Source: Vicugna vicugna
Taxonomy: Eukaryota
Reading direction: 5' to 3'
Assembly (NCBI GenBank): GCA_013265495.1
Contig: MU058059.1
Span: 3,573,502-3,637,501 of the forward strand
DNA length: 64,000 nucleotides
The position numbers were made by a program, and so were the translations under genes. Below, piece by piece: positions 24,839-36,192 of the stretch; position 1 is the stretch's first letter, and every line of letters starts with the position of its first letter. Under the pieces are notes generated by a model, which was not told the origin of the DNA, ran no database searches, and saw nothing but the letters and a program-made list of their open reading frames with translations.

Positions 24839-26548
24839 GCCCGGAAACGTTGTTCATTTAAACAGTTTAAGGAATGCTGTAACTGAGGACGACCAGCCCT
24901 CCAACACACACGCCTTTCTCTGGAGGAGTCTGGGACGCGGGGCTGGGAAGCTCTGAGCTCAGGAAGCCCGAGCGCCGGTGGTCACGGGGCCCTCCGCTCT
25001 GCTCACCACGTGGGGCTGGGAGAGCAGGAGCGCGCTGCTTGCTTCCTTCGGCGATGACTAAGAAGACAAGCACAGCGTGTCCAGAGGGAAAGTACGTGCT
25101 CACTTGCTTCTGGATGAGGACAGAGCTGTTTTGAGAATGGCCTGCAAAGCTTTGTCAGGGATACAGATGGCAGAGCATGGCCATGGCCATCACTACAACC
25201 TTCCCGTCTGCTCTGTAAGTGGGTGAGGATTTGGGGTGCTTGTCAGTGACCTCATCTGTTTGGTGAGCTTTGAGGAATGGCCGTACCACCCAAACTACAA
25301 GATGCATTAATCCCTTGGAAGCTGACGATGTCCGCCCTTGCGAGAACGCACCTCTCCCAGGCTGTGTGACTCTCTCTGGACCTTGTGCAGCACCCACTTG
25401 CGGGAAGGGCTTTGTCTTTGGAACTAACTTCCCTTCCATTTCTAATTACTGCTTACCTGGTAATCTGATATCCTAGTTAGCTGATGTTTTAAAATCCCTG
25501 TTTCAAGCTCATTTTTCATGCCTTTTTCATGGGGGATAGAGCGCTGGCGTGGCCGAGGGGAGGACACAGACTTTGGGGCCCCTCGGAAAATCAAGATGCC
25601 ACCTGATAATGACATGACCTTCTGTGTGTGACCTGCGTTCTTGGGTTAGTCATAAAACGGTGATCGTTAACAGCCATTCCACCAGCCTCACAGGACCCAC
25701 TGAAGATGTGCCTCTGAAAAAATCTCCTAAAACTGTGAGCTTTTAAACAAATATTTATTTCCAGATTCCACTGCCTTTTAAAAAACAGCTTTATGTGAGC
25801 TAAAACTCACATACTCTACATTTCACCAATTTAAAATGTACAGTTGAGTGTTTTTTATGGGCACCATCAGCGCAGGTCTAGAATATCTTTATTGTCACAA
25901 AGGAAAACAAAACCCAACCAACAAACACAAAGCGCATACTCCTGGGCTGCTACCTCCCCGCCCCCTCCAGCTCCTGCTTACTTTTAGTTTGAGTGCATTA
26001 ACAGAGGCTCTAGGATAATCTTTAAAATTAAAATAAAATTACTTGTGGTCAACTGTTCCCTGCGAAGAATGTCTCTGAGGGCTTTCCGGTCACGCTCCAA
26101 GCACAGTGGCAGGACTTGGGATGGGAGCTAAGTGTTAATGAAGGGTGTTACCGGGAAGGGCACGACTCCCACGCCAGTTCTGTTTTGAGAAGTGCAGAGA
26201 CGAGCCCTCACTGTTGCAGCTGGAGCCCTGGGCCCGGCCCGGAAGCAGCTCGTTCTGGTGGATGGGCCCGCGGGGAGACTGGGAGCGGCCCGTGGGCTGA
26301 TGTCAGTGCAGAGAAGGTGGCTGTTTGCTCAGGAGCAGGGGTTCCAAATCCAGGGAGTTCTGTGTTGTCAGAAAGCTGCTTCTGCCTTTCCTGAACTTTC
26401 TAAACACGAGTTTGACCTGATACAGCCGAGGGAGGGCAGGGTAAGACCTCCCCCCGTGGCCCCCGCTACCTTGTGAGCAGCCCAGCCATAGTCTGCATGA
26501 GGGTTCAGCTGGGAAAAGGTACTCAGCCTTGGCCTCCTTCCGTTGCAG

Positions 26549-26646
26549 GTCGCCAGATCCCACCCTTGGACCCGCATGAAAATGGAAACAATGGAACAAT
26601 CAGAATTGGGAAGCCATCATCGCAGGCCGGCCGGCGGTGCTGCTGA
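26549..26646 (+). CDS. RAB31: RAB31 last coding exon: (S)RQIPPLDPHENGNNGTIRIGKPSSQAGRRCC*
   Basis: Acceptor ccttccgttgcag|GT. Ends in the Rab di-cysteine geranylgeranylation motif RRCC followed by TGA at 26644-26646. In frame with exon 16483-16592. Confidence 0.96.
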
Positions 26647-29600
26647 CCCGGGCCGGGCTCTGCTGTGCTTGAGGAAGCCAGAGCCCACCCGCCCGCGCTC
26701 TGCTGGAGGGCGTCCCGCTCTCGGGGGGCCGGCACCTCACTCAGAGAGCGCGAGCTCGCCAGCTGGGCATCCTGGAAGACCTGCAGGGAGCGGGGCAGGG
26801 AGTGGCCCTGGAGAAGGATTTCCAAAAACTGGGAAAACCCAGAACATGGCCGCAAAAAGGCTTTTAGTGCATGAAATGCACTCAGAGGAGACGGATATTA
26901 GGTATTAAGTATAGTTGAGTTTTTTGTTAAAAACCTTGAAATACTCCTAAATTTGTACAAAAGTCTTCCTGGCTTACTACGTGTGTGATTCCAAAGTGGT
27001 GGTCCACTCTGATTTCCCGTGTTTTCTAACCAAATTTCAGGAACTTCTTCAGTGCCGTTTGCCTTAGTTACGTACACAGTCTTCACTGAAAGGTTAATCT
27101 AAGGTGGCTCACCTTTCAGTGGAGTGTGATTGGACCATCACTCGAGCTGTTAAGAAAGTGGAGAAGGGGGTACTAAAAACCCTTGCCTACATCTCGGACT
27201 TTGATTTGAACCTTTCTCTAAGTTTTGGTCTTAAAAGCAAAGAAACCAGTCTGACTAAACTATCTCATGTGATTCTGGGGTTTGGAGGCCTCGCTTGGAA
27301 GTCATCGACACGGGTACTGTGTAAGCAGTGACAGAATACATGTGGCTCCAGAGACCTCCTGGTACGCCTCAGCTCCACAGCGATGCCTCCTGCACACGTG
27401 GAGGGTGTATTGTTTCACTGACAGTGCGCCTGGTGTCATGTCTAGGGGCACAAACCAGCTGGAGGAGGTTTGAATCTAAACCATAGGGCAGACTTCTTAA
27501 ATGGATTACAGGGAAGCCAGCCAGAGGAGGTACCAGCTCCTTAAGATTCTAGACCCCCAAAACTGCAAACTCAGAGAAAGCCTTTTAGAAGACGCCCAGT
27601 ATGAGGAGGTGGGTATTAAGGCCAACCCGAGGTCCGTTCCTGGCAGGCCAGTGAGCTGAGAACAGGCTTCCATGACACCTTTTAATTCAGATTCCTCGTC
27701 TCTCTGTTAGTTAAAGATGCCTGAATCCAGTGGAAGAAAAGAAGGCCTGGAAAGGAGGAAAGCTATTCCCATTGGAAATTCCAATCCTGTTTCCATTCTA
27801 ACTTTCATAAAAAAACCTGGGGTCAAGAAGCAGTTGGCTTCCCATGAGGGTTCATACTGGGAAGTGATTCTCAGAGGACATTCGGGATGGCGCCTTTGGT
27901 GGGGCTGAGACACAGTAAAAACACAGCCTCAGAGGTGGTTGGTCAGCAGCGCAGGGACAGGGCCGGCTGGTACCTTCAAGGCTCAGCAGACGTTAATTGA
28001 AATCCTATGATGTAAAAATCAGAAAGAGATCATGAGCTGATTACAGACCCGGACGTTCAGTAACTGGTGTGAGCTGTGCCCGCCGTGTTCAGGACGGGTG
28101 GGGACACCAAGTCTGCCAGCAGAAAAAGCAAGAGTCCTTGAGAGACGGGGGCCAAGTTCACACTCTTTATGTGGACCGCAATCAAGGAAACAGGTAGAAA
28201 TCACAGATTTAGGTGTGGTTTTCTTTTTAACTCGAGGGTGTGTTGTCAAGTTCATGTTCTTACTACTTCCCCAGTTTGCAAGAGTAGTTTGACAGTCTTA
28301 GGCTGCGAAGGCTGGAGACACTTATTTTTTGGTTCAAGAGTGCCTCTCAGGTATCCCAGGCAGGTACCTCAAAAACTGTCAGCAAATGGCACTGGGATGT
28401 CTTGGCAGAGCCTTGCAGAGATTGTTAGGGTTTGCTCCACGTTGTCAACGTTACAGGCTAACGTGATTCCGCTTGCCGGCCAAGCGGCTAGCTTACCTCT
28501 TTCCAAAAAAAAAAAAAAAAAAAATTGGGTTGCGAATGCCAGTGACCTCTTTCCAGGTGACACACAGGCTTATTTTGGAACCTTTCCTCATCCAGCTGTC
28601 CCCGGGGACCTGGGCTTGTCTCTGGATGGCTGCTCAGGTTGCCAAGCCAAGGAGGTACGCTTCCCAGCAGAGTCTGCAGCTCCGGGCTGGGGCTTCAGTG
28701 CTTGCATCTTGCATGAAACAGCTGGTTTTAACCTCGCGTAGCGAGCTGCCCACCCTCGAGCCCAGGGTTTTATTTCAGAGGTACATGGGGGTGGAAACCA
28801 CACTTTTGCCTTTCCGTATGGCCTTAACTTGTCAAGCCCTCAGACGGCAATGTATGTATATAATCACTCCTTGGAGCAATCGATGGAAAGAGTCCACGGC
28901 TGTGGGTGCACCAGTGTTCACGTGAACGTGGAGACAGATGCTCGAGCCACGTCCACAACGAGGCATTCTGCTCTTCCTCATTTTGCCTTCACATCCTGCT
29001 GGCTGTTCTAATCGCTGAGCTGTAACCACATCCTCTAATGTAAAGGCCGGGAAATGACTGTTGCTCCAAGATGTCGAGCAGCCTCACGGACGCAGCACCC
29101 TTCCCCTGATTTCCCCAAATGTGCTCTCCCCTGTTTTCCTCCCTCCTGTGCGGCATGTGTGTGTACACGTGCTTTCGTATTTGTTACACCAACAGGTGAT
29201 CCCTTTCGCTGGCTGAGTTTGGCTCTGGCTGTGTGTCACATGTAACGCAGGCACAGGCCCACAGAGGGATAATTTCCAGCGGAAACCCCTAGGGTGGCAG
29301 TGGCGTTGTGCCAGCATGTCACGTGTGTGCCTAATCGACCTGCCATTTTATGGTGGCAAGTGGTACGTTAGGGTGCTGAAGATGATGCGACCTTGCAGAC
29401 CACAGAAGGCCGAGAACCTAGAACTAGCCTTCAGGCAACCACAGGGCTGGGCCCATGGAGGACCAGGGGAGGCCCAGGTGGCTTGTCCTCTGAGGTTAAG
29501 GAGTGTGGCCTGGGAGGGCTGGAACCCATTCCTCTTAGGGCCCTGTGCCTCACTGCTCTGCGCTGCTCATTGCAACTTGAATGGGGAGCGGGGTCACGAG

Positions 29601-29878
29601 CGAGAGGGCTCTGGGCCGTCTTCAGGCCTCTTAGGTTCCAGTTTAACCATCGTTGTTGAAGCCAGTGGCAGCGCTCTGTTTTCTGGTGTTTTTACAAAGG
29701 GCTTCTGTCTGGGCTGGACCCAGTTCTCGCATATAGAAGACGCGGCTGCAGACAGTTGGAACCTTTCCACCTTGTATTCTGTAGTAAAGCATTGCCCTCC
29801 ACATCGCCCAGTTGTATCTGTTATTTTTGGTTTAACACACACTGATTCATACTAATAAATATTTTCAGTTTTGCTGAG
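26647..29878 (+). other. RAB31: RAB31 3' UTR (~3.2 kb; end approximate)
   Basis: No obvious interspersed repeats between the stop codon and an AATAAA that is followed by a GT/T-rich downstream element. Consistent with the long RAB31 3' UTR known in mammals. Confidence 0.7.
29854..29859 (+). terminator. RAB31 polyadenylation signal AATAAA
   Basis: catactAATAAAtattttcagttttgctgagtttgtctttttc: canonical hexamer with a U/GU-rich downstream element. Confidence 0.75.
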
Positions 29879-31849
29879 TTTGTCTTTTTCTTACCAGGTT
29901 TGGTGGAGTAGTTTTTTTAGCATCGCAGTCACCTCAGAATAGAGAAGGGCAATTCCCCAGAGACACTTGTACACCTGTGCAGATGACGACACATGTCAGG
30001 ATGTTCTGCGGCACTGTTAGCAACAGTAAAATGTAGTCTTCCCCTAAGGATGTTGGTTAATAAAATGGGGCACAGCCGCACGATGAAATCTGTAGGATAA
30101 TTACAATGGACGCAAGGTCTACCATGCATTAAAGTGTATCTTCAGACAAAATGTGGGGAGCAGGTCTACCATCCTGCTCACTCCCAGGGGAACCACTCTC
30201 ACAGTGGCCTGTGGGAATGGAGCCCTCGGGAGTTATGCAGTGCACAGCCTGAGCAACAGAGCCGTGGCCCTGGCTGAGTGAACAAAGCAAGCTGGAGAAG
30301 TACAGAAGGTGTAAACTCACAAAATAATAACACGTTGTTCACGAATGTGTGCGCATAAAAATAAGAGAAGGATCAGAAGGAAAAACATCAACTTCAGGAC
30401 AGGGCTTATGTCTGGGGAGGCAGGGAAGTAAACAGGATCAGGGTGGAGAACAAAGCGCGTTTAGCTGTCAGTCATTTTGATTTATTTCATGATACGAAAA
30501 TCTGAGGCCAGTGTGGCAGAATGATAGCCTTTGGTCATTTCAAGTATGTTTTATTAGTCTCTGTATTTTGCTGTATTAATTTCTTTCAAAGAGACAGGAT
30601 ATGGGGACAAAAACAATGAGGGGAAACATTTTGCTGCAGCACCAGAAATTGACACGTTGTAAGTGATTATAAAGAAAAAAAAAAGAATGAATGAATGAAG
30701 GATTAGGCTGACTTCTTAAATGTGCTGGAAGAATTTCCTAAGTGTGGGAGCTGACTTAACGTACCCAGTGAACTGATTGAGGCTTACCCACCATCCCTGC
30801 ATCGTCTCTGCTAAGTCTCCTGCCCACTGGCCCACACACTCCTGCACACACATGTGGGGACCTTCCGCTGTTTGCGCGGAGCTTCCCCAATGCACAAATG
30901 AACGTGGGGAGAGATGTGAAGGGAGAGGAAAGCGGTGCCTAATGTTCTCAGCCCCCGAGTCACTCCCCAAGGCATGTGCGAGGAAGCTGCTTTCAATATG
31001 ATCAATCAAGAAAGAAAAAAGAACACAGCTCACCGTCACCGGAACCCAGGGTTCTGATTTTTGTAAGAAAACTGGCCTTTCCTTCGCTTCTCTAAGAAGT
31101 GGTTCATCATTTATGGCTGTTTGGGGGAATGTTTTTAGATTGGACTTAGCCAGCAAATTCTGTGCAGCCCAGCCCCCTCAGTGTCGCCATACATGGAGAT
31201 TCCTCCTCTCCGACCCTCTGTCCTCCTTTCTCCCCTCTTGGGCACTAGTGGAACAGGACCTGGGGCTGAGGCAGCTTGCAAGTTTTTACAGCACAGCGCT
31301 GGTTGACGTGGGCGCCCTGGAGAACAAAGACAAGGAGCCAGCTTGGCCCCAGCACATTGCCTCTGGCTGCTCTAAACGGTCCCTACACGTCTCCTGTTCC
31401 CAGGGACTGTCCCCGAGCAAGGCCAGCTGGCTAGAAGGGGAGGGAGACCTCCCCTCATTTCGTGAGCATCCTCTCCAAAAATGTCTTCCCTTGTTTCCAG
31501 ACACTGCCACAGCGAGCACTTCCACTGGCTTCCTGTGTGTGTGAAATTGTTTCTCCCCTCCGGTCCCTGTTTATTAAAAACCAGACACACAAAACCAAGT
31601 GTCGTCAGGCGTGCCGGAAATGGGCACTCAGACGTGCCGGTCAGAGCATAAATGGGTATGATCTCTCTAGAAAGTGGTTTGGCAAATGTGAATCTCAGAC
31701 TTTGGGGAAGATCATCGTCTGTGACCCCCTCATCCTATGCTGCTGTTTCTGGGAATTCAGTATATGTGCATGTGTGTATGTATGTCATCTGTGGCTTAGA
31801 TGTGGACACATATACATGTGTTTATCATATATAACACATACACACATGA

Positions 31850-32060
31850 CCTCCTGCTGCATAACACATTTCATCCAAAACTTAGTGGCTTAGAAGAATA
31901 AACACCGTTACCTCGCGGTTTCCATGGACTGGAGTTTGGAGTCTGCTTAGCTGGTGGTTCTGGCTCAGGGATCCCTGAGAGGCTGAGCCAGGATATCAGC
32001 TGAGCTCCATCGTCTGAAGCTGTGACTGATGCCCTCACACGGCTCGTGGCAGGTCCTACT
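31850..32060. mobile_element. MLT1-type (ERVL-MaLR) LTR remnant
   Basis: ctgctgcataacacattt..ccaaaacttagtggcttag..cttagctggtggttctggctcaggg is characteristic of MLT1 LTRs. Confidence 0.65.
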
Positions 32061-32589
32061 CGAGGGACCGCGTGGCGTGGGGCCTGGCCAGCACAGGTTT
32101 AATTAATGATGGGCCTGTAGCAAGGTTTGTCCCAGTATCATTTATAACAAGGAAAAGTTGGAATAATACAAATGTCCTGTGGAAGGAAATTAGTTAAATA
32201 CTTAAAACTATGTCCATACAACAATACCGTAACCATTAAATGTTGCAGTATCAGAAAGGGTTCCTGGCCACAAAACTCAGAGGTACAAGAGTGTGTCCCT
32301 TTCTTTTTTATGTAACAACTGACTTTCTCCCTCGAGCCTTGTTCTGTCTAGTGGGAAAGGTGAATTCCGTCAGCCCTGGCTTCCCTGGTCTGCTCAGTGG
32401 GCTCTCTCATTTGAGGTTTAAGCTTGCTCTCAGGATGGCTCCTCCTTGTTTCCCCCTGTGGGCGGGGGAGGGCGGGAAGGAAGCACTGAGGCCCTGGAGG
32501 GCTCACGTGGCGTCCTGGGGCTGAGTGGGGCTGTGCGGTTTCAGTCTGCAGAAAGCACTGCTGGTCCTGGCGTGGAGCAAGTGCTCATG

Positions 32590-32800
32590 ACCAAGAGTTA
32601 ACACGAAGCGGCAACTTGCCGTGTGCCACGTGCTGTCCCGGGCGCTCTGCATCAGATCACCTCCTCCTATTTCCACAGTCCCTGTTATCAGGTAGACACT
32701 GTGATTATCTCCATTCTGCAAATGAGGAAACTGAGGCATAACAGGTTAACTATTGCCTAAGACCATGGTCTAGCAAAGAGAGGCAGAAGTCAAATACTAG
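32590..32800 (-). mobile_element. MIR SINE remnant
   Basis: attatctccattctgcaaatgaggaaactgaggcataacaggttaactattgcctaagacc is the MIR core. Confidence 0.75.
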
Positions 32801-32869
32801 CTTCTATTATTTTCTCCTTTCTTTTAAATTTTTCTTTAAAAAATTTAAATTACTTATTTTATCATTACA

Positions 32870-32912
32870 TTTATTTTTTGCTTTTTTCAGTTGGAGGGAG
32901 GTGATTAGGTTT

Positions 32913-32943
<31 letters not shown>

Positions 32944-33025
32944 ATGGTGGTGCTGGGGATTGAACCCAGGACCTCAATTCATGCATGCCAAGCACACACT
33001 GTACCACTGATCTGTGACCTCCTCC
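32870..33025 (-). mobile_element. tRNA-Ala-derived SINE (vic-1-like) with an internal (TTTA)n microsatellite
   Basis: gagggaggtgattagg(ttta)n..ggtggtgctggggattgaacccaggacctc..gcatgccaagcacacactgtaccactga. Confidence 0.85.
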
Positions 33026-33029
33026 ATTG

Positions 33030-33330
33030 TTTTTTAACAATTTTTTTTAACTTTTAGAATTGCAGTATAATTGACACATACTAGCTTCAAATATCCAACA
33101 TAATCATTCATTATTTGTATACATTGCAAAATGATCACCACAAGTCTAGTTAACATCCGTCACCTCACGCAGTTTACAAATTTTCTTTCTTGCAACAAGA
33201 ACTTTTAAGAGCTGCTCTCTTAGCAGCTCTCAAATACGCAACATGGTATTACTGATTATGGTCACCAGGGTGTGCGTTCCCTCCACAGGACACATTTCTC
33301 TTATAACTGGAAGTTTGTACCTTCGACCAC
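33030..33330 (-). mobile_element. LINE-1 3' end (L1MA-like)
   Basis: gcagtataattgacac..ttgcaaaatgatcaccacaagtctagttaacatccgtcacc..cttataactggaagtttgtaccttcgacc. Confidence 0.75.
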
Positions 33331-35830
33331 TTTCTGTTTTCTCCTTTCTTTACTCTCATTATCAGGACTGTAAAAAAAACGGGGGAGTAGGGGAAAGGAA
33401 ATCCATGTTCATTGAATACTTCCCAAGAGCCAAGTACTTTCAAATGGCATCGCATTTTATCCACAAAGCACATCTGAGGATGCACAATTGTTCTCATTTG
33501 TGCCGGAGGAGTGCAGAGGGCTTAACTGCACATGGGAAGCAGACCTCCCACCCCCTGCCCCATACTGAAGCCAGGCTATGATTCTTGCATCTCAGTTCTT
33601 GCATCTCAGGAGGAAGTGTTGGCCGGGGAGCTAGGGTTTCAGCAGCTCCGGCCGGAAGAGCTGAATTGCTCCATTAACAAGATTGCACTCACTCTTGTCT
33701 GATCCCAAACTGCTGGCGGGGTGACCCTCCTCCCCTCACCGCTCAGGCAGCTTCATTTACCTTTTCCACATCCCTGACCTCAATGTTGACACTGTTGCTC
33801 GGCCCTGACTGAGTTCCTAACTGCCTTTTTGAAATGACTTCTGGATCAGGGTCTGACAAGTTTGACGTCACAGGGCCTGCAGCGCTGCGGTCCTGCTGAG
33901 AACCCAGCCCTGAAACTGGTCCCCAGGGGGGCCTGCAGGGCCCACGGGGCCGGCGTCCTCTGCAGTCCTCGGCCTCGACTCTTCTCTGGATTTGTACCTA
34001 TCCTCTCCTTTTCTGCTTCTTTGGAAAAGGGTCCCAACTCACTTCTAAAGCACATCCCTACCTTTTTTATTTTTATGATTTTGCTTTGATCTTAAAATTC
34101 TCCCAGACCATTTTCCCCTCCCGTCACCTTACATAATCGTCTCTGGTTCTGACAAACTCCAGCCCACATCCTTGTCCCCACCAAACTACGGTGTCTCCTT
34201 CACACCAAGTCACATCGTAAAGGAGAACCTTGATTCAGTCCTGCCCTGACTGACCTCTTCCTCATTCTCCCCACGTCCCCCAGGGCACCTGAGGTGTCAT
34301 CCTCCCTCCCGACCCTCCTCTGGCTCTGGGTCCGAGCCCCACGGTCCTTCCGGCTCTTCTCCTGTGCCACAGACGTCTGAGCCACTTAGATGCAGGTGCT
34401 TCCTGCAAATCGTGGCCCCACTCATGGACACCCCCTTCCTCGTGATCCCATCCAGTTTCCAGTCCCAATGAAGTCCTGTATTTTCAACTCTTGCCTCTGG
34501 GTGTTCGACTTCCATGTGGAGGTCTGGCCTGACGTCTCTCCAGAGACCAGACCCTGGTTCCCAGCTGTTGGGTGGTTGTCCTGCCTCGGGTATGATGAGA
34601 GAACACGGTTTCTTTCCGGGGGCAATCGACCTCCCGTTCGCGCCCTTTCTCGATGGTGTCTGGGTGCACAGGCCGTGTGGACTCGCTGTGTCTGGGCCCT
34701 CTCTGCCTCTTGCTGTTCCCCAGGGGAAGGGGCTGGGCTGGTCTGGTCCCTGAACTGGGCACTGGCTGAGGCCGGCGAATCCCACCTAGGGTCGGGGCCT
34801 GTGCTGCCACCCTCTGCCCCAGCCTGTGCCCATCACGTCCAAGCCTGCGGTCGCAGCCCCCCTACCCTGGGCTTCTTTGTTCTTCCTGAGCTTCTGTGGG
34901 CTCTCTGGTCTCAGAAGACTCACAGCCCTGCTCCAGGGTGTGAGCACTTCCCCAGCCCTGGCCCAAGAACCTGGCCACACCCTGTGCCGGAGGCCCCTAC
35001 CGCCACGTGGATGCAGAGTCCCGGTGGATGCGGGTGCTTCCTGGTCTTCCAGATGGCGCAGAGGCAAATCTCCTCTGTGTCCAGCCTGTCCCTGAGCGCG
35101 TCCAGCCTGTGTCCATGCCAAGGTTCAGCCTGGAGAGGGGAGGCCAGCACACAGGTGCCTGTTCTCTGGGCTCCCCGTCTACATGGGAGATGTTTTCACG
35201 TCTTCCTCTTCTCAGGGAATTCCTCTGTGTCGTAACCTCCCTTTCAAATGTCCAAACAGGACTCATGAGTGGACAGGACTTTGCGGAGGGGGGTCACACG
35301 GGTAAGAGGAGGCACTTAGTAGATGGTTCTGGTGGGTGGGAGAGAGTAAGCTGGAGCCTGGGAGTCCCAGGGGGAGGGAGGGAAAGGCGGCCTCAGGTAC
35401 CCGCCCGGTAGGGGTCGTGTGGCAGCGCAGCACCGCAGAGCTGAGGGTTCAGAGGGTGGGCTTGGAGCCCGCCCACGTGGGAGCTTTGTGACCCTGAGCG
35501 GTTACATACCTTCCCTAAGGCTGTTCCTCACTTGCGGGCGGGGATCACAATGGGGCTTACCTCAGGGGTTTGTTGTGTTGTGGGAATGATGCCTGTGAAT
35601 GCATTTCAGGCACTGGGCAGGGCCTCGCCCGCAGTGCAGCCCGAACCCAGGCTGTCATGAGACTCCCAAGCAGTGCCCTGTGAGCGTGGACAGGGGAAGG
35701 ACGCTGCGAGCGCCACCCGGACACAGGTCGTTACCGTATGATGTTCAGCTGGGAAAGCTTGGAGGGGACGGCCTTGCCTGCACTATGAGGTGTCTGTGAA
35801 ACAGGAGTAGGCACAGACAAGGAGCCGGAA

Positions 35831-35903
35831 ATGGAGAGTGACACAGCTGGAGCCCCGGGAGAGCTGGGAACAGAGCTGCATAGACCAGCAGAGACGGATG
35901 AGG
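35831..35903 (+). CDS. TXNDC2: Putative TXNDC2 first coding exon: MESDTAGAPGELGTELHRPAETDE(G)
   Basis: ATG in gaaATGg context. The peptide resembles the human long-isoform N-terminus (MESVKAGASGKPEMRLGTQEETSEG, from memory). The phase-1 donor GAGG|gtgagg joins the 36193 acceptor in frame. Confidence 0.6.
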
Positions 35904-36192
35904 GTGAGGCTGGGGCGGGGGAGGGCACTTTGGGGACCGGTGCGCTCAGGGAGTTGGCTGCAGAGTTGAAATAAGCAGAAAAGCTGTAGTTAAGCAAAAA
36001 CCCTACATAACACTTACATGTAGTCACATGCTGCTTGGCCTTCTGTTGAATGTGATTATTCAAATTAATACATTGTTACAAGACAAGGTTCTCGAGCTCT
36101 AAGAAGAACACCTGTCTTCCTTGGAGTATATGATCACAATTTTTTTGTTTGTTTCTTCTTTGCCTTTTTTTTTTTTTGACTTTTTTCTTCAG

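Noticed and set aside
26543..26908. 121-aa ORF over the RAB31 last exon
   Set aside because: Out of frame with the spliced RAB31 CDS, which ends RRCC-TGA at 26646, and it begins in the intron.
33582..33609. 14-bp direct duplication TTCTTGCATCTCAG x2
   Set aside because: An ordinary replication-slippage duplication with no associated element.
34390..35235. 281-aa ORF upstream of TXNDC2
   Set aside because: No recognisable domain, and the Cys/Trp/Pro-rich composition is typical of chance ORFs in GC-rich non-coding DNA.
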